A stretch of DNA of 64,000 bases. It comes from an uncultured Spirochaetota bacterium. Its GTDB lineage: Bacteria > Spirochaetota > Spirochaetia > SZUA-6 > Fen-1364. The DNA lies in NCBI GenBank assembly GCA_963845325.1, contig CAWJRT010000001.1, forward strand, positions 192,486 to 256,485, in the 5' to 3' direction. The position numbers and the translations under genes are program-made. The notes under the pieces were generated by a model. The model was not told where the DNA came from and ran no database searches. It saw only the letters and a program-made list of their open reading frames with translations. How positions within the stretch are numbered: position 1 is the stretch's first letter; each line of letters starts with the position of its first letter. Positions 49,672 to 59,693 of the stretch are shown here, piece by piece.

Positions 49672-50433
49672 TTACGCGTGGCCTGCCATGAACGCCTGGA
49701 TTATGGTCGCCAGGTTGATCGGAATCTCTGCCATGGGAACATGGCCGGCGTTTTTCAGCACCTCGAGCTCCGCGTTCGGAAACCATTTCAGGATTGTCTG
49801 CTGCATGACCTCGACGGTGATGCCGGGGTCATACTCTCCGACGAGGACCTTCAAGGGAAGCCGGAGCCCGATGACCTGCCGTGCGAAATTGGTCTTTATG
49901 AAGGCCAGGGCATATTTCTCGTACGCATCATGAGCAACGGTGGACCCTGATTTCAGGACCCTGGCGCGCGCCCAGGCAGGATTGTAGCGGTTCCCCGTTC
50001 CATCCATGTAAAACTTGGCCAGGTTCTCGGGGCAGTCGCCCATTGTGCGGAACCAATCCACCATGGCCTTGTCCAGCGTTGGAAGGCCGCACGCGGGGAT
50101 GGGCGTGATGGCGACCCCGCTTTTTACGCGATCAGGGTGGTTTGCCGCGACCCACTGAACGACCATTCCACCCATCGAATGCCCCACAGCGTGAAAGCGC
50201 TTCCACTGCAGGTGGTCGACCAGCTCAATGGCATCCGCGCCGATCTCTTCTATGGCATACTCGCCGCGCTGGTCCTTTGAGAGCCCGCAGCCGCGGTAAT
50301 CCATGAAAACGAAGGTGAATGCCTGCGCGTCCAGAGCAGGATACAATGGTGCGAAGCTTGTATGGTCAGCAGACCATCCATGGAATACGATTGCCTTCTC
50401 GGGACCCGCACCGACTACTTCGTGACCGATCAT
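49672..50433 (-). CDS. alpha/beta hydrolase
   Basis: Nucleophile elbow GHSMGG and C-terminal NAGHVPM. AAGGAG RBS. Intact, 253 aa. Confidence 0.85.
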   Translation of the reverse strand: MIGHEVVGAGPEKAIVFHGWSADHTSFAPLYPALDAQAFTFVFMDYRGCGLSKDQRGEYAIEEIGADAIELVDHLQWKRFHAVGHSMGGMVVQWVAANHPDRVKSGVAITPIPACGLPTLDKAMVDWFRTMGDCPENLAKFYMDGTGNRYNPAWARARVLKSGSTVAHDAYEKYALAFIKTNFARQVIGLRLPLKVLVGEYDPGITVEVMQQTILKWFPNAELEVLKNAGHVPMAEIPINLATIIQAFMAGHA

Positions 50434-50470
50434 CTTTTTTTCTCCTTTGCGTTCTGCTCCGTTCTTCGTG

Positions 50471-51088
50471 CTATCGCATCAGGGCAATAAACTCTCGAGT
50501 GAGCTCGCGCGTGCCATCCGGCAGGTTCATTTCCTGCGCCATGTAGGGACACGTTCCCGAGGTCACGACTTTCCCGTCTGCTACGACACCTGTTCCACTG
50601 AACGTGCCATCCTGGAAGGCGAACTCGAGGTCGGATTCGATGGCAAAGCGCCTGCCTTTCAGGCCGCCCGCTTGCTCAAGAATCTCGACCGCGCTGTTTT
50701 GTGCTGCAACTGGCACCTTCAAATCGAGTGCCTTTCTGACTATCGTGACCGCTTCAGCGGGAACGGGAGATTCACCAGCGGCCATGCAGGGAAGAATGAC
50801 GCCCCTGTAATCGCCTACCTGGACATCGGATATCTTGACGTCGGGCCGCAGGGAAGCCGTCGAACCATTGATGGATTGATCCCCGACGGTTGCGAGCAGG
50901 ACTGCAAAGCCCTCTTCTTCCAACGTGGATCTCATCACCTCGACTTCCCCTGTGAGCATCAAGTCGACGAGGTCTGGAGAGCCGGGACGAACAATCATGA
51001 GCACAACGCCTTTGCCCGCTGCCCAGAGAGACGGTCCAACCGCGAGAATGCACGCCAGTACGGCCAGTCCCCCTATTCTTGATTTCAC
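50471..51088 (-). CDS. DJ-1/PfpI-like (class I glutamine amidotransferase-like) protein with signal peptide
   Basis: GTG 51088 lies 6 nt after AGGAGG. KSRIGGLAVLACILAVGPSLWAAG signal, then ...DYRGVILPCMAAG.... Confidence 0.6.
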   Translation of the reverse strand: MKSRIGGLAVLACILAVGPSLWAAGKGVVLMIVRPGSPDLVDLMLTGEVEVMRSTLEEEGFAVLLATVGDQSINGSTASLRPDVKISDVQVGDYRGVILPCMAAGESPVPAEAVTIVRKALDLKVPVAAQNSAVEILEQAGGLKGRRFAIESDLEFAFQDGTFSGTGVVADGKVVTSGTCPYMAQEMNLPDGTRELTREFIALMR

Positions 51089-51383
51089 TTTTTGCCTCCT
51101 GTACGACGTGCAGTATACACCCGCCTGCAAGCGGGGCGAGCAGCGGGACGGCTTTCCCGCTGTGCTTCACATCCGCGCGGCCACATGAGGCCCAGTTCGG
51201 CAGCCTGGCAGGCCATTGTCACTGAGCCAGCGATGCACGACTACCCTCCATAAGCGGTCTGCCTCATGAACCCTTTGCACGATCAAGCGGGTTGGTGTTG
51301 AAGGCTTCGTCCGTGAATCCCTGCTCATCAAGCGGAAAAGGCCCGGCGTTGAAGCGCTGAGAGTGCGGAAACTTCGAAAAAAC

Positions 51384-51411
51384 TTGACACCGCGTCACTT
51401 CATGGTAAAGT
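51384..51411 (+). promoter_or_regulatory. sigma70-like promoter TTGACA-16-TAAAGT
   Basis: TTGACA 51384-51389 and TAAAGT 51406-51411, about 75 nt upstream of ATG 51488. Confidence 0.4.
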
Positions 51412-51487
51412 GTGTGCGGGCGTCCGGCGGTACCCTACCGCCGAACATCAGCACCTCTTGTCCGTATTCAATTCCAAGGAGGAAACC

Positions 51488-52819
51488 ATGAAGAAGGCTC
51501 TAGTCCTGCTTACGGCCCTGTGCATCGTGGTGGGTCTGGCAATCCCGGCGGCGGCCCAGAAAAAGCCGTTTGACGGGGTCACGTTGCGCGTCTTTGCGAA
51601 CTCCCACGATCCAATGCTCAAGGCCGTGAAATGGTCCATCCAAGCCGCCAAGGACCAGCTGGGGATCGAAGTCCTGATGGACGAGGCTGCATATGGCGTG
51701 CAGTACGAGAAGGCAACGTCGGCCTTCGCGTCGGGTGCGGGCCAGTACGATATCATCGTCGCGGCGCACCAGTGGACAGGCGGCTGGGCAGAAGCGGGCT
51801 ACCTGGAGCCGCTGGACCCTTTCATCAAGGCCGACAAGACCTTCGACGCCGGCATCTACAACCAGAAAGCCTACACGATCAACAGCACGGTCAATGGGAA
51901 ACAGGTCGGACTCCCCTTCAACATGGAGGGCCGGCTCATGTTCTACCGCAAGGACATCTTCAGTGCAGAAAAGCTGAAAGTGCCCACCTCCGAAAAAGAG
52001 TGGCTTGATGCGGTAAAGTACTTTGCCACAAACCGAAGCTCGATGCAGGCGAAATACGGCAGCGACTTCTACGGAGCCTGTTACATGTACGGCGCTGAGC
52101 AGGGTCCTGCCTATCCGTTCAGCACGTACTGGGGCAAGTTCAACTGGAAAAAGTACAACACCGACAACGGTTTCTGGGATGACAAGTACCAGAACATCGT
52201 TGACGAGAAGCTCCTGGCACAGTCCTTCAAATTCTGGCAGGACGTCATGAAGTACATGCCTCCCGGCGTCGAGACATTCAACCTTCCTGAAGCGTACCAA
52301 TTCTACGTCGACGGGAAGACCGCGATGACGGAAGTGTGGCCCCTCACCCTCTACGGTATGCTGCTCGACCCCGCCAACGACAAGATCCGCAAAGTCACCG
52401 GTGTTGCCAATATCGGCTACGGCCTGCCGTTCTCCGGCGGATGGGCAATCTGCATGACATCCACGGCAAAGAACAAGGACGCCGCGTGGGCATACCTCAA
52501 GATGATCACCTCCGCTCAGGCTGACTTCGAGTTCTTCCGCGACTACGGAAAGGGCCCGAGCGTGAAGGCCACTTTCGCCAACCCCGCCCTCTCCGCCAAG
52601 TACGGAGAATGGCTGAAGAACCAGGGCGAAGCAGTTGCCGCGGCTGTGTCGCCGGGCAAGATCGCAACCATGTCCGAGTTCTACGGAGGCGACTTCTGGA
52701 AGATCGCCGACCAGACGATGATCGGAAAGATCAGCGCCGAGCAGGGCGCGAAGCAGATGGTCAAAGAGCTCGACGGGATCCTCGACAGGGCTGGCTATAA
52801 GCAGCTGAACCCGCACTAG
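51488..52819 (+). CDS. ABC transporter extracellular solute-binding protein (sugar)
   Basis: AAGGAGG RBS and signal peptide MKKALVLLTALCIVVGLAIPAAA. Intact, 443 aa. Confidence 0.85.
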   Translation: MKKALVLLTALCIVVGLAIPAAAQKKPFDGVTLRVFANSHDPMLKAVKWSIQAAKDQLGIEVLMDEAAYGVQYEKATSAFASGAGQYDIIVAAHQWTGGWAEAGYLEPLDPFIKADKTFDAGIYNQKAYTINSTVNGKQVGLPFNMEGRLMFYRKDIFSAEKLKVPTSEKEWLDAVKYFATNRSSMQAKYGSDFYGACYMYGAEQGPAYPFSTYWGKFNWKKYNTDNGFWDDKYQNIVDEKLLAQSFKFWQDVMKYMPPGVETFNLPEAYQFYVDGKTAMTEVWPLTLYGMLLDPANDKIRKVTGVANIGYGLPFSGGWAICMTSTAKNKDAAWAYLKMITSAQADFEFFRDYGKGPSVKATFANPALSAKYGEWLKNQGEAVAAAVSPGKIATMSEFYGGDFWKIADQTMIGKISAEQGAKQMVKELDGILDRAGYKQLNPH

Positions 52820-52886
52820 GAGAAACAGTCTGAACAGGAGAGGGGATCTCATCGATCCCCTCTGACTTTTGCGGGGGAAGGAACGG

Positions 52887-53741
52887 ATGAAGGAAAAGCG
52901 GCTCAAGTGGGTGCTCGTCGCGCCGGCACTGGTCATGATCATTTCCCTGATCATCTTTCCCCTGATCTACGCGCTTCGCGCTGCCTTGTACCTGTACCGC
53001 TACGGCAAGCCCTTCCGGTTCGTGGGCCTGCAGAACTTTGTAGAATTGTTCAACAATCCGCTGGCCCTCAATGCGGTGCTCAACACGGTGATCTACGTTG
53101 CCATCGCGGTCAGCGCGGAGCTGGTCCTGGGGCTCCTCCTGGCAATGCTCATGAACCGCGAGCTCCGCGGGTTCAGCAGGCCCGTGCGTGCGGCGCTGAC
53201 CATCCCGATGTTCATCGCGCCGGTGGTCGTCGGGATCATCTGGCGGATGATTTACAATCCCCAGTACGGTCTGTTCGACTGGCTGCTGGGAATCCGGAAC
53301 TTCGCGCCCACGGGCGGCAATCACGCCCTTTACTTCGTCATCATCGCCGATATCTGGCAGTGGACGCCCTTCATGTACATCATCATCCTCGCGTCGCTGC
53401 AATCGGTGTCACCCGAGCTCATCGAGGCGTCGATCATCGACGGCGCCGGCCAGTGGCAGCGCACCACGAGGATCATTCTCCCGACCATCTCGGCGGCGCT
53501 CATCATCGCGTTCACGCTGCGATTCATGGAAGCAACAAAGGCGCTGGACATCATCTACACGCTCACCTTCGGAGGCCCCGGCACCGACACGGAGACGGTC
53601 GGCTTCATGATCTTCCGACTCGCCTTCAACGACATCCGCATCGGCACGGCGACCGCCTTCTCCTGGCTGTACACGATCATCATCAGCATCATTCTTGGAT
53701 TCTTCATGAGCTGGCTGAACAGGAGGTACGAGATTGTCTAG
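52887..53741 (+). CDS. carbohydrate ABC transporter permease
   Basis: MKEKRLKWVLVAPALVMIISLIIFPLIY... with EAA loop EASIIDGAGQWQRTTRIILP. Confidence 0.85.
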   Translation: MKEKRLKWVLVAPALVMIISLIIFPLIYALRAALYLYRYGKPFRFVGLQNFVELFNNPLALNAVLNTVIYVAIAVSAELVLGLLLAMLMNRELRGFSRPVRAALTIPMFIAPVVVGIIWRMIYNPQYGLFDWLLGIRNFAPTGGNHALYFVIIADIWQWTPFMYIIILASLQSVSPELIEASIIDGAGQWQRTTRIILPTISAALIIAFTLRFMEATKALDIIYTLTFGGPGTDTETVGFMIFRLAFNDIRIGTATAFSWLYTIIISIILGFFMSWLNRRYEIV

Positions 53742-54579
53742 CAATTCCTCGCGGAAGCGGCTGGCGCGTCTCGCCATCATGATCCTCATGACCGTATTCG
53801 TCATCGCGTACCTTGTCCCCGTGTACTGGATCGTCGTCACCTCCTTCAAGCCCGAAGCGAAGTCGCTCACCTGGCCGCCGCAGTTCATCCCGCACGAGGT
53901 CACGCTGGACAACTACAGGGTGGCGTTCCAGTTCAAGTCCGTGTTCTGGTACATGAAGAACAGCCTCATCATCTCTACAGGTTCGGTCCTCGTGTCCCTG
54001 GTGTTCGGGTGCCTTGCGGCCTACTCTCTTGCAAAGCTGCGGTGGGGAAAGAAGGGCAAGCAGAACCTCCTGCTGTGGATCATGGGCCTGAAGATCATGC
54101 CTCCTATCGCTGTTGCAATCCCGATTTACCTCATCTTCATCAACCTGAAGCTGATCGATACCTACCTTGGAATGATCATCGCCTACATATTCTTCAACCT
54201 GCCCTTTGTCATCTGGCTGGCCTACGGTTATTTCAAGGAGCTGCCGAATGAGATCATCGAGGCCGCGGCAATTGATGGCTGCGGATTCAGGCGGCTCATG
54301 ACGCGAATCGTCGTTCCGCTGACTACCCCGGGCCTCATCACCGTCTTCCTTCTGACATTCATGACGTCATGGAACGAATTCCTTTTTGCGGTCAAGCTCA
54401 GCGCGTTCAAGGTGCGGACCCTGCCGGTGCTCATCAGCGGGTTCATCATCGACCGGGGCCTGCTCTGGGGGCAGGTCTGCGCAGTGGCCACGATCGCTGT
54501 CATCCCGGTGGTTCTCATGTCCCTCTTTATCCAGCGCTACATCGTCGCCGGGCTGACCTTCGGCGCGATCAAGGGATAA
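53734..54579 (+). CDS. carbohydrate ABC transporter permease
   Basis: 281-aa intact ORF. ...VPVYWIVVTSFKP...EAAAIDGCGFRRLMTRIVVPLTTPG. Confidence 0.85.
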   Translation: MSSNSSRKRLARLAIMILMTVFVIAYLVPVYWIVVTSFKPEAKSLTWPPQFIPHEVTLDNYRVAFQFKSVFWYMKNSLIISTGSVLVSLVFGCLAAYSLAKLRWGKKGKQNLLLWIMGLKIMPPIAVAIPIYLIFINLKLIDTYLGMIIAYIFFNLPFVIWLAYGYFKELPNEIIEAAAIDGCGFRRLMTRIVVPLTTPGLITVFLLTFMTSWNEFLFAVKLSAFKVRTLPVLISGFIIDRGLLWGQVCAVATIAVIPVVLMSLFIQRYIVAGLTFGAIKG

Positions 54580-54593
54580 AGGAGACTTCAGGT

Positions 54594-55736
54594 ATGACGC
54601 CCCGCGAGAGACTGACGCTCACCCTCCAGGGGAAGAAGGCAGACCGGATTCCTGTGTCTCCCTTCCTCTGGTACAACAACATGTTCGAGATGTTCGGTTA
54701 TACCCCGGAGATCGACACCAACTACGCCCCGCCGGATTTCGATATCGTCTCGAAATGGGTCGAGTATTGCGACTTTTTCGGCTTCGATGTCATGTTCGCC
54801 GGCGGGTTTCTCTTTGACCGCTTCGTACCCGGTACCGCGGCAAACTGGGACGTGACGATCAAGAAGGAAGGTGACAGCGACTCACAACGTCGGACGACAA
54901 CCGTCCGCACGCCGGCCGGTCCGCTCTCCCAGGTCATGAACTTCAAGCGCAGCGAATCGCACCTCATCGTGCTGGCGGTGGAGAAGTACATCATCGAAAC
55001 GCGGGAAGATTTCGAGATCTTCCGCGCATATGCACCCCCGGCCGAGTACGTGGACTGCGGGGTGATTGCCCGCGCCCGGGAGGTCGTGGGGGACAAGGGA
55101 CTGGTAAACCTCGCCACGTTCGGCGCATTCAACACCCTCAACATGTTCCGCAAGCTGGAATCCATGATGATGGATCCGATGATCGACGAGGGGTTCTATC
55201 GGGAGATGATGAAATGGGTCACCGCGTGGAACATCGAGCTGCTGAAAAAGGTCGTACACGCCGGGGCGGATTCAATAGAGCTCGGGGGCAATCTCGTTAC
55301 CAGCGGCGCGGGGCCGGGTTTTTTCAAGAGCTTCGACCTCGAATACGAAAACGCCCTGGGGCGGCAGATTCACCGGGATGGCGCGTTTGTCGTCTACCAC
55401 AACTGCGGGGACGCGCAGAAGATCATGCATCTGTACAACGACCTGGAGATCGACTGCTGGGGATATCTCACGGGATTGCCTTTCGGGGATGTGGTGCTCG
55501 ACGATGCGCTGCGCATCATCAGGCCAGGGATGGCTCTGCGCGGGAATATCGACCAGGTCGAGTTCCTCAGGAAAGCGACGCCGGGAGAGGTCCGGGAGAG
55601 GGTGCGGGCGTTGATGGAGAAGGTCAAGCCACGGGGGAACTGGATCCTGAGCACCTCCGACTTCTTCTTCGACGGAAACAGCTACGAGAACATCCATGCC
55701 TTCGCACAGGCGGGCAGGGATTTCGGGCGCTACTGA
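54594..55736 (+). CDS. URO-D family protein, paralog 3 (carries an H-x-C-G motif)
   Basis: AAAGGAG RBS. MTPRERLTLTLQGKKADRIPV...FVVYHNCGDAQKIMHLYNDLEIDCWGY...ILSTSDFFFDGNSYENI. Intact, 380 aa. Confidence 0.75.
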   Translation: MTPRERLTLTLQGKKADRIPVSPFLWYNNMFEMFGYTPEIDTNYAPPDFDIVSKWVEYCDFFGFDVMFAGGFLFDRFVPGTAANWDVTIKKEGDSDSQRRTTTVRTPAGPLSQVMNFKRSESHLIVLAVEKYIIETREDFEIFRAYAPPAEYVDCGVIARAREVVGDKGLVNLATFGAFNTLNMFRKLESMMMDPMIDEGFYREMMKWVTAWNIELLKKVVHAGADSIELGGNLVTSGAGPGFFKSFDLEYENALGRQIHRDGAFVVYHNCGDAQKIMHLYNDLEIDCWGYLTGLPFGDVVLDDALRIIRPGMALRGNIDQVEFLRKATPGEVRERVRALMEKVKPRGNWILSTSDFFFDGNSYENIHAFAQAGRDFGRY

Positions 55737-55741
55737 CGGAA

Positions 55742-56830
55742 ATGTACGACAACCAGTACCACCACAATCGCAACTATGGCTGCCGGCAGCACGAGCTCAT
55801 CCTTGGCGGCTATCGCGCGCTTGTCATGGAGAACGAAAAGATCAGGGCCACCATCCTCCTGGACAAGGGGACTGACCTCTACGAGCTTCTCTACAAGCCG
55901 GCAGATATCGATTTCATGTGGCGCAGCCCCCTGGAGCTGGACGGGCGGAACAGGAACCCCGTGACACGGGAGCTGGAGAGCGGCTCCGTTCTCGACAACT
56001 ACGAAGGCGGGTGGCAGGAGCTCCTGCCCAGCATCGCTGCCCCGACGAATTACAAGGGCATGGGCCTCGGATTCCACGGGGAAGTGCTGTTCCTCCCCTG
56101 GGGCTGCAGGGTGATCGAGGACACCCCGTTGTGCGTGCGTGTCGAGCTGACCGTGCGGATGCGCAGGGCGCCCTTGTTCGTGAAGAAGACCGTCACCCTC
56201 CGCACGCAGAGCAGTGTACTCGACTTCGAGGAAACGGTGACGAACACCGCGGACGAGGAGTTCAAATTCATCTGGGGGCACCATCCGGCTGTCGGCCAGC
56301 CTTTCCTTGACGAGAATTGCGTCATCGACCTCCCTGAAGGTGCTATCGGCCAGCACTACCAGGTGGACTTCTCGGGAAACGGGCCTTTCGAGCCGGGCCA
56401 GGAATTCAGGTGGCCTTTCGCCAGGGACCGCAGCGGTGTCACGGTGGACCTGAGCAGGGTGATGTCCCCGGAAAAGAAGATTGCTTTCAACACGTACATC
56501 AAGGGCCTCAAAGAGGGCTGGTACGGGATTACGAACCTCGAAAAGGGAATCGGCTTCGGGATGAAATGGGACGCCTCGTTGTTCAAGTACATCTGCATCT
56601 GGGCGGTGTACAGGGGGTTCTACGGCTTTCCTTTCTACGGCCGAACGTACAACATCGCCCTCGAGCCCTATTCGGCCATACCGGACAGTCTCGACGAGGT
56701 GATCAGGCTTGGCCGCGAGCTTCATCTTGACCCGGGCCAGCCGATCAGCACGCGCTTCAGTGCGATCATCTACGAGTCCAGGGGGCGTATCGCCGGTTTT
56801 ACGGAAGAGAATCAACCGCTGCCACGCTGA
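55742..56830 (+). CDS. aldose 1-epimerase/galactose-mutarotase-like protein (DUF4432-like)
   Basis: 362-aa intact ORF starting 5 nt after the previous stop. ...ENEKIRATILLDKGTDLYELLYKP...GGWQELLP...GFHGEV.... Confidence 0.55.
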   Translation: MYDNQYHHNRNYGCRQHELILGGYRALVMENEKIRATILLDKGTDLYELLYKPADIDFMWRSPLELDGRNRNPVTRELESGSVLDNYEGGWQELLPSIAAPTNYKGMGLGFHGEVLFLPWGCRVIEDTPLCVRVELTVRMRRAPLFVKKTVTLRTQSSVLDFEETVTNTADEEFKFIWGHHPAVGQPFLDENCVIDLPEGAIGQHYQVDFSGNGPFEPGQEFRWPFARDRSGVTVDLSRVMSPEKKIAFNTYIKGLKEGWYGITNLEKGIGFGMKWDASLFKYICIWAVYRGFYGFPFYGRTYNIALEPYSAIPDSLDEVIRLGRELHLDPGQPISTRFSAIIYESRGRIAGFTEENQPLPR

Positions 56831-56837
56831 GGAAGGG

Positions 56838-57971
56838 ATGCATATCATGGACGAAAGCAACGAGCCGCTGCAGGAGGTCCGCAGGAGCTTCAAGGTATCC
56901 TGGTACCGGTGCCCCATAGAGCCGGCCGCGCTTCGGGACCTGACTCGACGCAGCAACCTGCAGGGATTCCTCCAGGCGATCGGTCACCTGCTGATCATCG
57001 CCCTGACCGTTTTTCTCGCGTGCTGGTTTTTCAACCACCGGGTCTGGGTTGGATTTGCGGTCTCCCTGTTTGCCTTCGGGACCGCGTACTCCTTTACGAA
57101 TCACGCCTGCCACGAGCTCGCCCACGGCACCGTGTTCAGGACAAAATGGCTGAACGTGTTCTTCCTGCACCTGTTCGGGGCGCTGGGGTGGTTCAATTTC
57201 TACCATTACAAGGCGAGCCACACCTATCACCACCTTTACACACTTCATCCGAGGGGGGACCGCGAGGTCGTGCTCCCCAAGTATCCTTCACTCGAGTTTC
57301 CGTACCTGCTGCAAATGTTCACGGTCAGCATCATGGGCGGCCGGGAATCCCCCGGGCTCATCCCGGTCATGAAGTCCACATTCAAGCTCGCGCTGTTCTC
57401 GAAGTTCGACGATGAATGGTCACGCGCACTATTCACTCCTGACCAGGACGCGGCGCTGCGTGTGGCCGTCACCTGGGCTCGCGTGATGGTGGTTTTCCAT
57501 GCGGCGGTCCTTGCCGCAGGATTCATTTCGGGGCTCTGGCTGCCTGCCATCCTGGTCACCTTCGGCTTCACCCTGGCCAACTGGCTTCGGTACTTCGTCG
57601 GCATGCCCATGCACGTGGGGCTGCGGGACAACGTGCCGGACTTCAGGCTGTGCGTCAGGACGATAACGCTGGACCCGGTCTCGCACTTCCTGTACTGGCG
57701 CATGAACTACCACACGGAACATCACATGTTCGCGGCCGTGCCCTGCTACAGGCTGAGGAAGCTCCATGGGACACTGGCGTCCGACATGCCCGCGCCCCGA
57801 ACGATGGTCGGCGCATGGCGGGAAATGCGGCAAACGTGGCGACGACAGCAGAAGGAGCCCGGGTACCAGTTTGATACGCCCCTTCCCCGGCGCGCTGCAA
57901 CAGCGGCATCAAAGCCGCAGGACCCCTTGAGCGGATCCCTGGGGGACCTCGCGCCGAAATCCCTCGAATGA
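56838..57971 (+). CDS. membrane fatty acid desaturase family protein
   Basis: Histidine boxes HELAHG, HTYHH and HTEHHMF with TM segments. Starts 7 nt after the previous stop. Confidence 0.8.
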   Translation: MHIMDESNEPLQEVRRSFKVSWYRCPIEPAALRDLTRRSNLQGFLQAIGHLLIIALTVFLACWFFNHRVWVGFAVSLFAFGTAYSFTNHACHELAHGTVFRTKWLNVFFLHLFGALGWFNFYHYKASHTYHHLYTLHPRGDREVVLPKYPSLEFPYLLQMFTVSIMGGRESPGLIPVMKSTFKLALFSKFDDEWSRALFTPDQDAALRVAVTWARVMVVFHAAVLAAGFISGLWLPAILVTFGFTLANWLRYFVGMPMHVGLRDNVPDFRLCVRTITLDPVSHFLYWRMNYHTEHHMFAAVPCYRLRKLHGTLASDMPAPRTMVGAWREMRQTWRRQQKEPGYQFDTPLPRRAATAASKPQDPLSGSLGDLAPKSLE

Positions 57972-57989
57972 GCGGAGTCTCCGCTGGCG

Positions 57990-59030
57990 TCAGTTCCCCG
58001 ATTGTGCCTGGTCTGACGGACTTACGCCCTTTGCTTCAGGTTTGCGGGCCTTGCTTCTCCGGGCCATCATCGCGGCCTGCGCCTCGGCTGACCCATCGTG
58101 AAAGCTGCCGAACCACTTGTCGAACGGAACCACCTCGGTTCCGTAATTGACCGTGAAAAAGCGGTGGTGCAGGTAATGGAAGTATTGCTCGACCTTCAAA
58201 CCCTTCTCGTCTTTCGTGACGAGCTTGTCAAAGCCTGCATGTCCGAGGGCGGGGCTTATCCCCGCGTGCATGAGGTGGAAAATGGCGTGCACGGGATTCG
58301 AGGGAATGATCCAATGAAAGAGGACACCCGAAAAGTACAGCAGGTGCTCGAGAGGGTGCATGGACAGTCCTGACCATGGTCCGACATTGACGTTCTTGTG
58401 GTGCACAAAGTGGGAGATATTATAGAGGGGCTTGAAGTGGATCAACCGGTGCACCCAGTAGAAATGGAACTGGCGCAGGAAGATGACGGCGATCATGAGC
58501 AGGACGCAATAGATGGGGTGTTCGCGAAAGCTGACGTACGGAATGACATGGTTGGCGAATGCCCACAACGTGACCGCTTCGTACGCAGTCCAGATGATGG
58601 CCCCGCTGGTCAGGTTCCAGAAGATGTTGTCCCACGTCTGGTTGGAGAAGAGGAACTTGGGGTCGTGCATCGCCAGCCACTTGCTCGAGTACTTGAACTT
58701 GGTTCCCTGTCCCCGGGTGATGTACAGCCTCAGGTGAAGCCCTCCTGCAACCAGGATCAGCAGGACGACATTGCGAAGGTAGATTTCGGCAATCCACCCG
58801 ACCTGGAAATGTGCGGTGCGATCCATGCCCGGCGTGAACCACAGCCAGGCAGCGACCGCGAGAAGCGCATAAACCAGGTTATACGGCCAGAGCAGCCCCT
58901 CGGGCGCAAACAGGTACTTGAGGATGCCCGTGGGTTTCCACGGACGTCGGAAGATCGGACTTGGCTTCGGGAGCTCCTTCGGTTGCCATTCGCCGCGGGA
59001 GTCCCGCTTGCCCCACTCTGCGTCTGCCAT
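57990..59030 (-). CDS. sterol desaturase / fatty acid hydroxylase superfamily protein
   Basis: His boxes HRLIH, HFVHH and HYLHH with TM segments. Intact, 346 aa. Confidence 0.8.
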   Translation of the reverse strand: MADAEWGKRDSRGEWQPKELPKPSPIFRRPWKPTGILKYLFAPEGLLWPYNLVYALLAVAAWLWFTPGMDRTAHFQVGWIAEIYLRNVVLLILVAGGLHLRLYITRGQGTKFKYSSKWLAMHDPKFLFSNQTWDNIFWNLTSGAIIWTAYEAVTLWAFANHVIPYVSFREHPIYCVLLMIAVIFLRQFHFYWVHRLIHFKPLYNISHFVHHKNVNVGPWSGLSMHPLEHLLYFSGVLFHWIIPSNPVHAIFHLMHAGISPALGHAGFDKLVTKDEKGLKVEQYFHYLHHRFFTVNYGTEVVPFDKWFGSFHDGSAEAQAAMMARRSKARKPEAKGVSPSDQAQSGN

Positions 59031-59114
59031 AATGCGCCTCCACAGTGGAATATTTCATTCCAAAGGTAAGTCCGTGCCGCCGGCATGGTCAACAGAATTA
59101 ATGCGGCCCGCTGG

Positions 59115-59629
59115 TCAGATCCTGTAGCAGGAGACCGTTCCGGCCGTTCTCTCCGCGGCCAGGGTTGGGAATCCCCAGAAATCGGACACGACGCGGGCGC
59201 CCGGGGCAAGCTCCCTTCTCACCTTGGCTTCCAGTCGCCGCATGACAAAGCTGCCCTGGAAGAGCGTGATGACGTCGAAACCGGAGACAGGTCGCGCCCG
59301 CCAGAAGCTTTTCCAGTGGATGAATGCCCGTTCCTGGAGCGCCGCGCGGCGGATGTTCCTCGCGCGCCAGCAGGACAAGAAGCGGGTTCACCTCGAACCC
59401 GTGCGCTTCGGCACCCCGCCGGGCCAGCGCGATGACGACTCGCCCGTCGCCCGAACCCAGGTCAGCAGCTCTCTGGCCGGCTGGCGGCGCCGGAAAGCTC
59501 CGCGATGAGCAGAGCCTTCTCCGGTGAGCTGGGTACGTACACCGCTCCGCGGCCGAGCGGGAAGAAGACGAGAAGCACCAGGGCAAAAGCGGCAAGGACG
59601 ACCGCCACGGTGAGGATTGCTGCTGTCAT
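59115..59629 (-). pseudogene. membrane-anchored class I SAM-dependent methyltransferase, two frameshifts
   Basis: ATG 59629 MTAAILTVAVVLAAFALVLLVFFPLGRGAVYVPSSPEKALLIAEL. Then ADLGSGDGRVVIALARRGAEAHGFEVNP (ORF 59098..59595). Then RNIRRAAL...ELAPGARVVSDFWGFP (ORF 59115..59378). Frame switches fall near 59476 and 59362. Confidence 0.65.
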
Positions 59630-59693
59630 GTCGTTCGTTGAAAAGGAAGGGCCGCCTCCGCGGCGGCCCCGTCAGGTCCCCATCCGCCTGCCG

